This document shows, piece after piece, positions 36,189 through 36,924 of a DNA stretch of 36,924 nucleotides. Below the pieces are notes generated by a model. That model did not search any database. It was not told where the DNA came from and worked only from the letters and a program-made list of their open reading frames with translations. The position numbers and the translations under genes were made by a program. The DNA lies in the IMG/VR virus record IMGVR_UViG_2645727715_000002. One strand, given 5' to 3'. Numbering within the stretch: the first letter of the stretch is position 1; every line of letters starts with the position of its first letter. Source of the DNA: a virus. Taxonomy: Duplodnaviria; Heunggongvirae; Uroviricota; Caudoviricetes.

Positions 36189-36788
36189 ATGCGTAAACTT
36201 TATGCCGCCATTTTGTCCGCAGCCATTTGTCTGGCCGTATCCGGTGCGCCTGCATGGGCGTCTGAACATCAGTCCACGCTGAGCGCGGGGTATCTTCATG
36301 CCCGGACGAACGTTCCCGGCAGTGATGATCTGAACGGGATTAACGTGAAATACCGTTATGAGTTTACGGACACACTGGGGCTGGTGACGTCATTCAGCTA
36401 TGCAGGAGACAAGAATCGCCAGCTTACCCGTTACAGCGATACCCGCTGGCATGAAGATTCAGTGCGTAACCGCTGGTTCAGCGTGATGGCGGGGCCGTCT
36501 GTACGCGTGAATGAATGGTTCAGCGCGTATGCGATGGCGGGTGTGGCTTACAGCCGTGTGTCGACTTTCTCCGGGGATTATCTCCGCGTAACTGACAACA
36601 AGGGGAAAACGCACGACGTGCTGACCGGAAGTGATGACGGTCGCCACAGCAACACGTCTCTGGCGTGGGGAGCTGGCGTGCAGTTTAACCCGACCGAATC
36701 CGTGGCCATTGATATTGCTTATGAAGGCTCCGGCAGTGGCGACTGGCGCACTGACGGTTTCATCGTGGGTGTCGGTTATAAGTTCTGA
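36189..36788 (+). CDS. lom: Lom outer-membrane protein (Ail/Lom family)
   Basis: [59 protein letters not shown]… matches lambda Lom; ends in an aromatic residue (…VGVGYKF). Confidence 0.9.
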   Translation: MRKLYAAILSAAICLAVSGAPAWASEHQSTLSAGYLHARTNVPGSDDLNGINVKYRYEFTDTLGLVTSFSYAGDKNRQLTRYSDTRWHEDSVRNRWFSVMAGPSVRVNEWFSAYAMAGVAYSRVSTFSGDYLRVTDNKGKTHDVLTGSDDGRHSNTSLAWGAGVQFNPTESVAIDIAYEGSGSGDWRTDGFIVGVGYKF

Positions 36789-36815
36789 TTAGCCAGGTAA
36801 CACAGTGTTATGACA

Positions 36816-36842
36816 GCCCGCCGGTTCAGGCGGGCTTTTTTT
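36816..36842 (+). terminator. Rho-independent terminator downstream of lom
   Basis: Stem gcccgcc (36816-36822) / ggcgggc (36829-36835) followed by TTTTTTT. Confidence 0.65.
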
Positions 36843-36853
36843 GTGGGGTGAAT

Positions 36854-36924
36854 ATGGCAGTAAAGATTTCAGGTGTACTGAAAGACGGCACAGGAAAACC
36901 GGTACAGAACTGCACAATCCAGCT
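36854..36924 (+). CDS. stf: Side tail fibre Stf, N-terminus only (runs off window end)
   Basis: ATG 36854 gives MAVKISGVLKDGTGKPVQNCTIQ…, matching the lambda stf (orf401) start. Confidence 0.75.
   Translation, partial: MAVKISGVLKDGTGKPVQNCTIQ

Overview
The window is the interior of a lambdoid prophage, almost certainly from E. coli or a close relative, in integrated gene order. Much of it is near-identical to phage lambda as I recall it: the Red recombination block (orf61/63/60a, exo, bet, gam, kil, cIII, ea10), sieB, N, imm-lambda (pL/OL, cI, OR, cro, cII), O/P/ren/ninB with the ori-lambda iterons, cos, and the full head and tail morphogenesis block Nu1 to J, then lom and the start of stf. 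The accessory and mosaic parts are where it differs. (1) A 301-aa AT-rich gene of unknown function replaces rexA/rexB directly downstream of cI and ends in its own terminator; this is the best candidate for an undescribed defence or exclusion module. (2) The nin region is non-lambda: a Dam-like N6-adenine methyltransferase, ninE, an unknown ORF, a NinF-like ORF, rusA, ylcG and a phage-82/DLP12-type Q. (3) An OmpC/NmpC/Lc-type porin gene sits on the opposite strand between Q and the lysis genes. (4) The lysis cassette is a hybrid of a phage-21-type pinholin and SAR endolysin with lambda-type Rz/Rz1, followed by bor. Several essential genes (terminase A, portal B, D, H, J) and bor, cII and ral carry frameshifts or deletions, most of them single-base length changes in A/T homopolymers. 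This means either a defective prophage or homopolymer sequencing errors; I cannot tell which from the sequence. No tRNA, rRNA, CRISPR array, IS element or att site was recognised. All comparisons to lambda are from memory, not from a database search.
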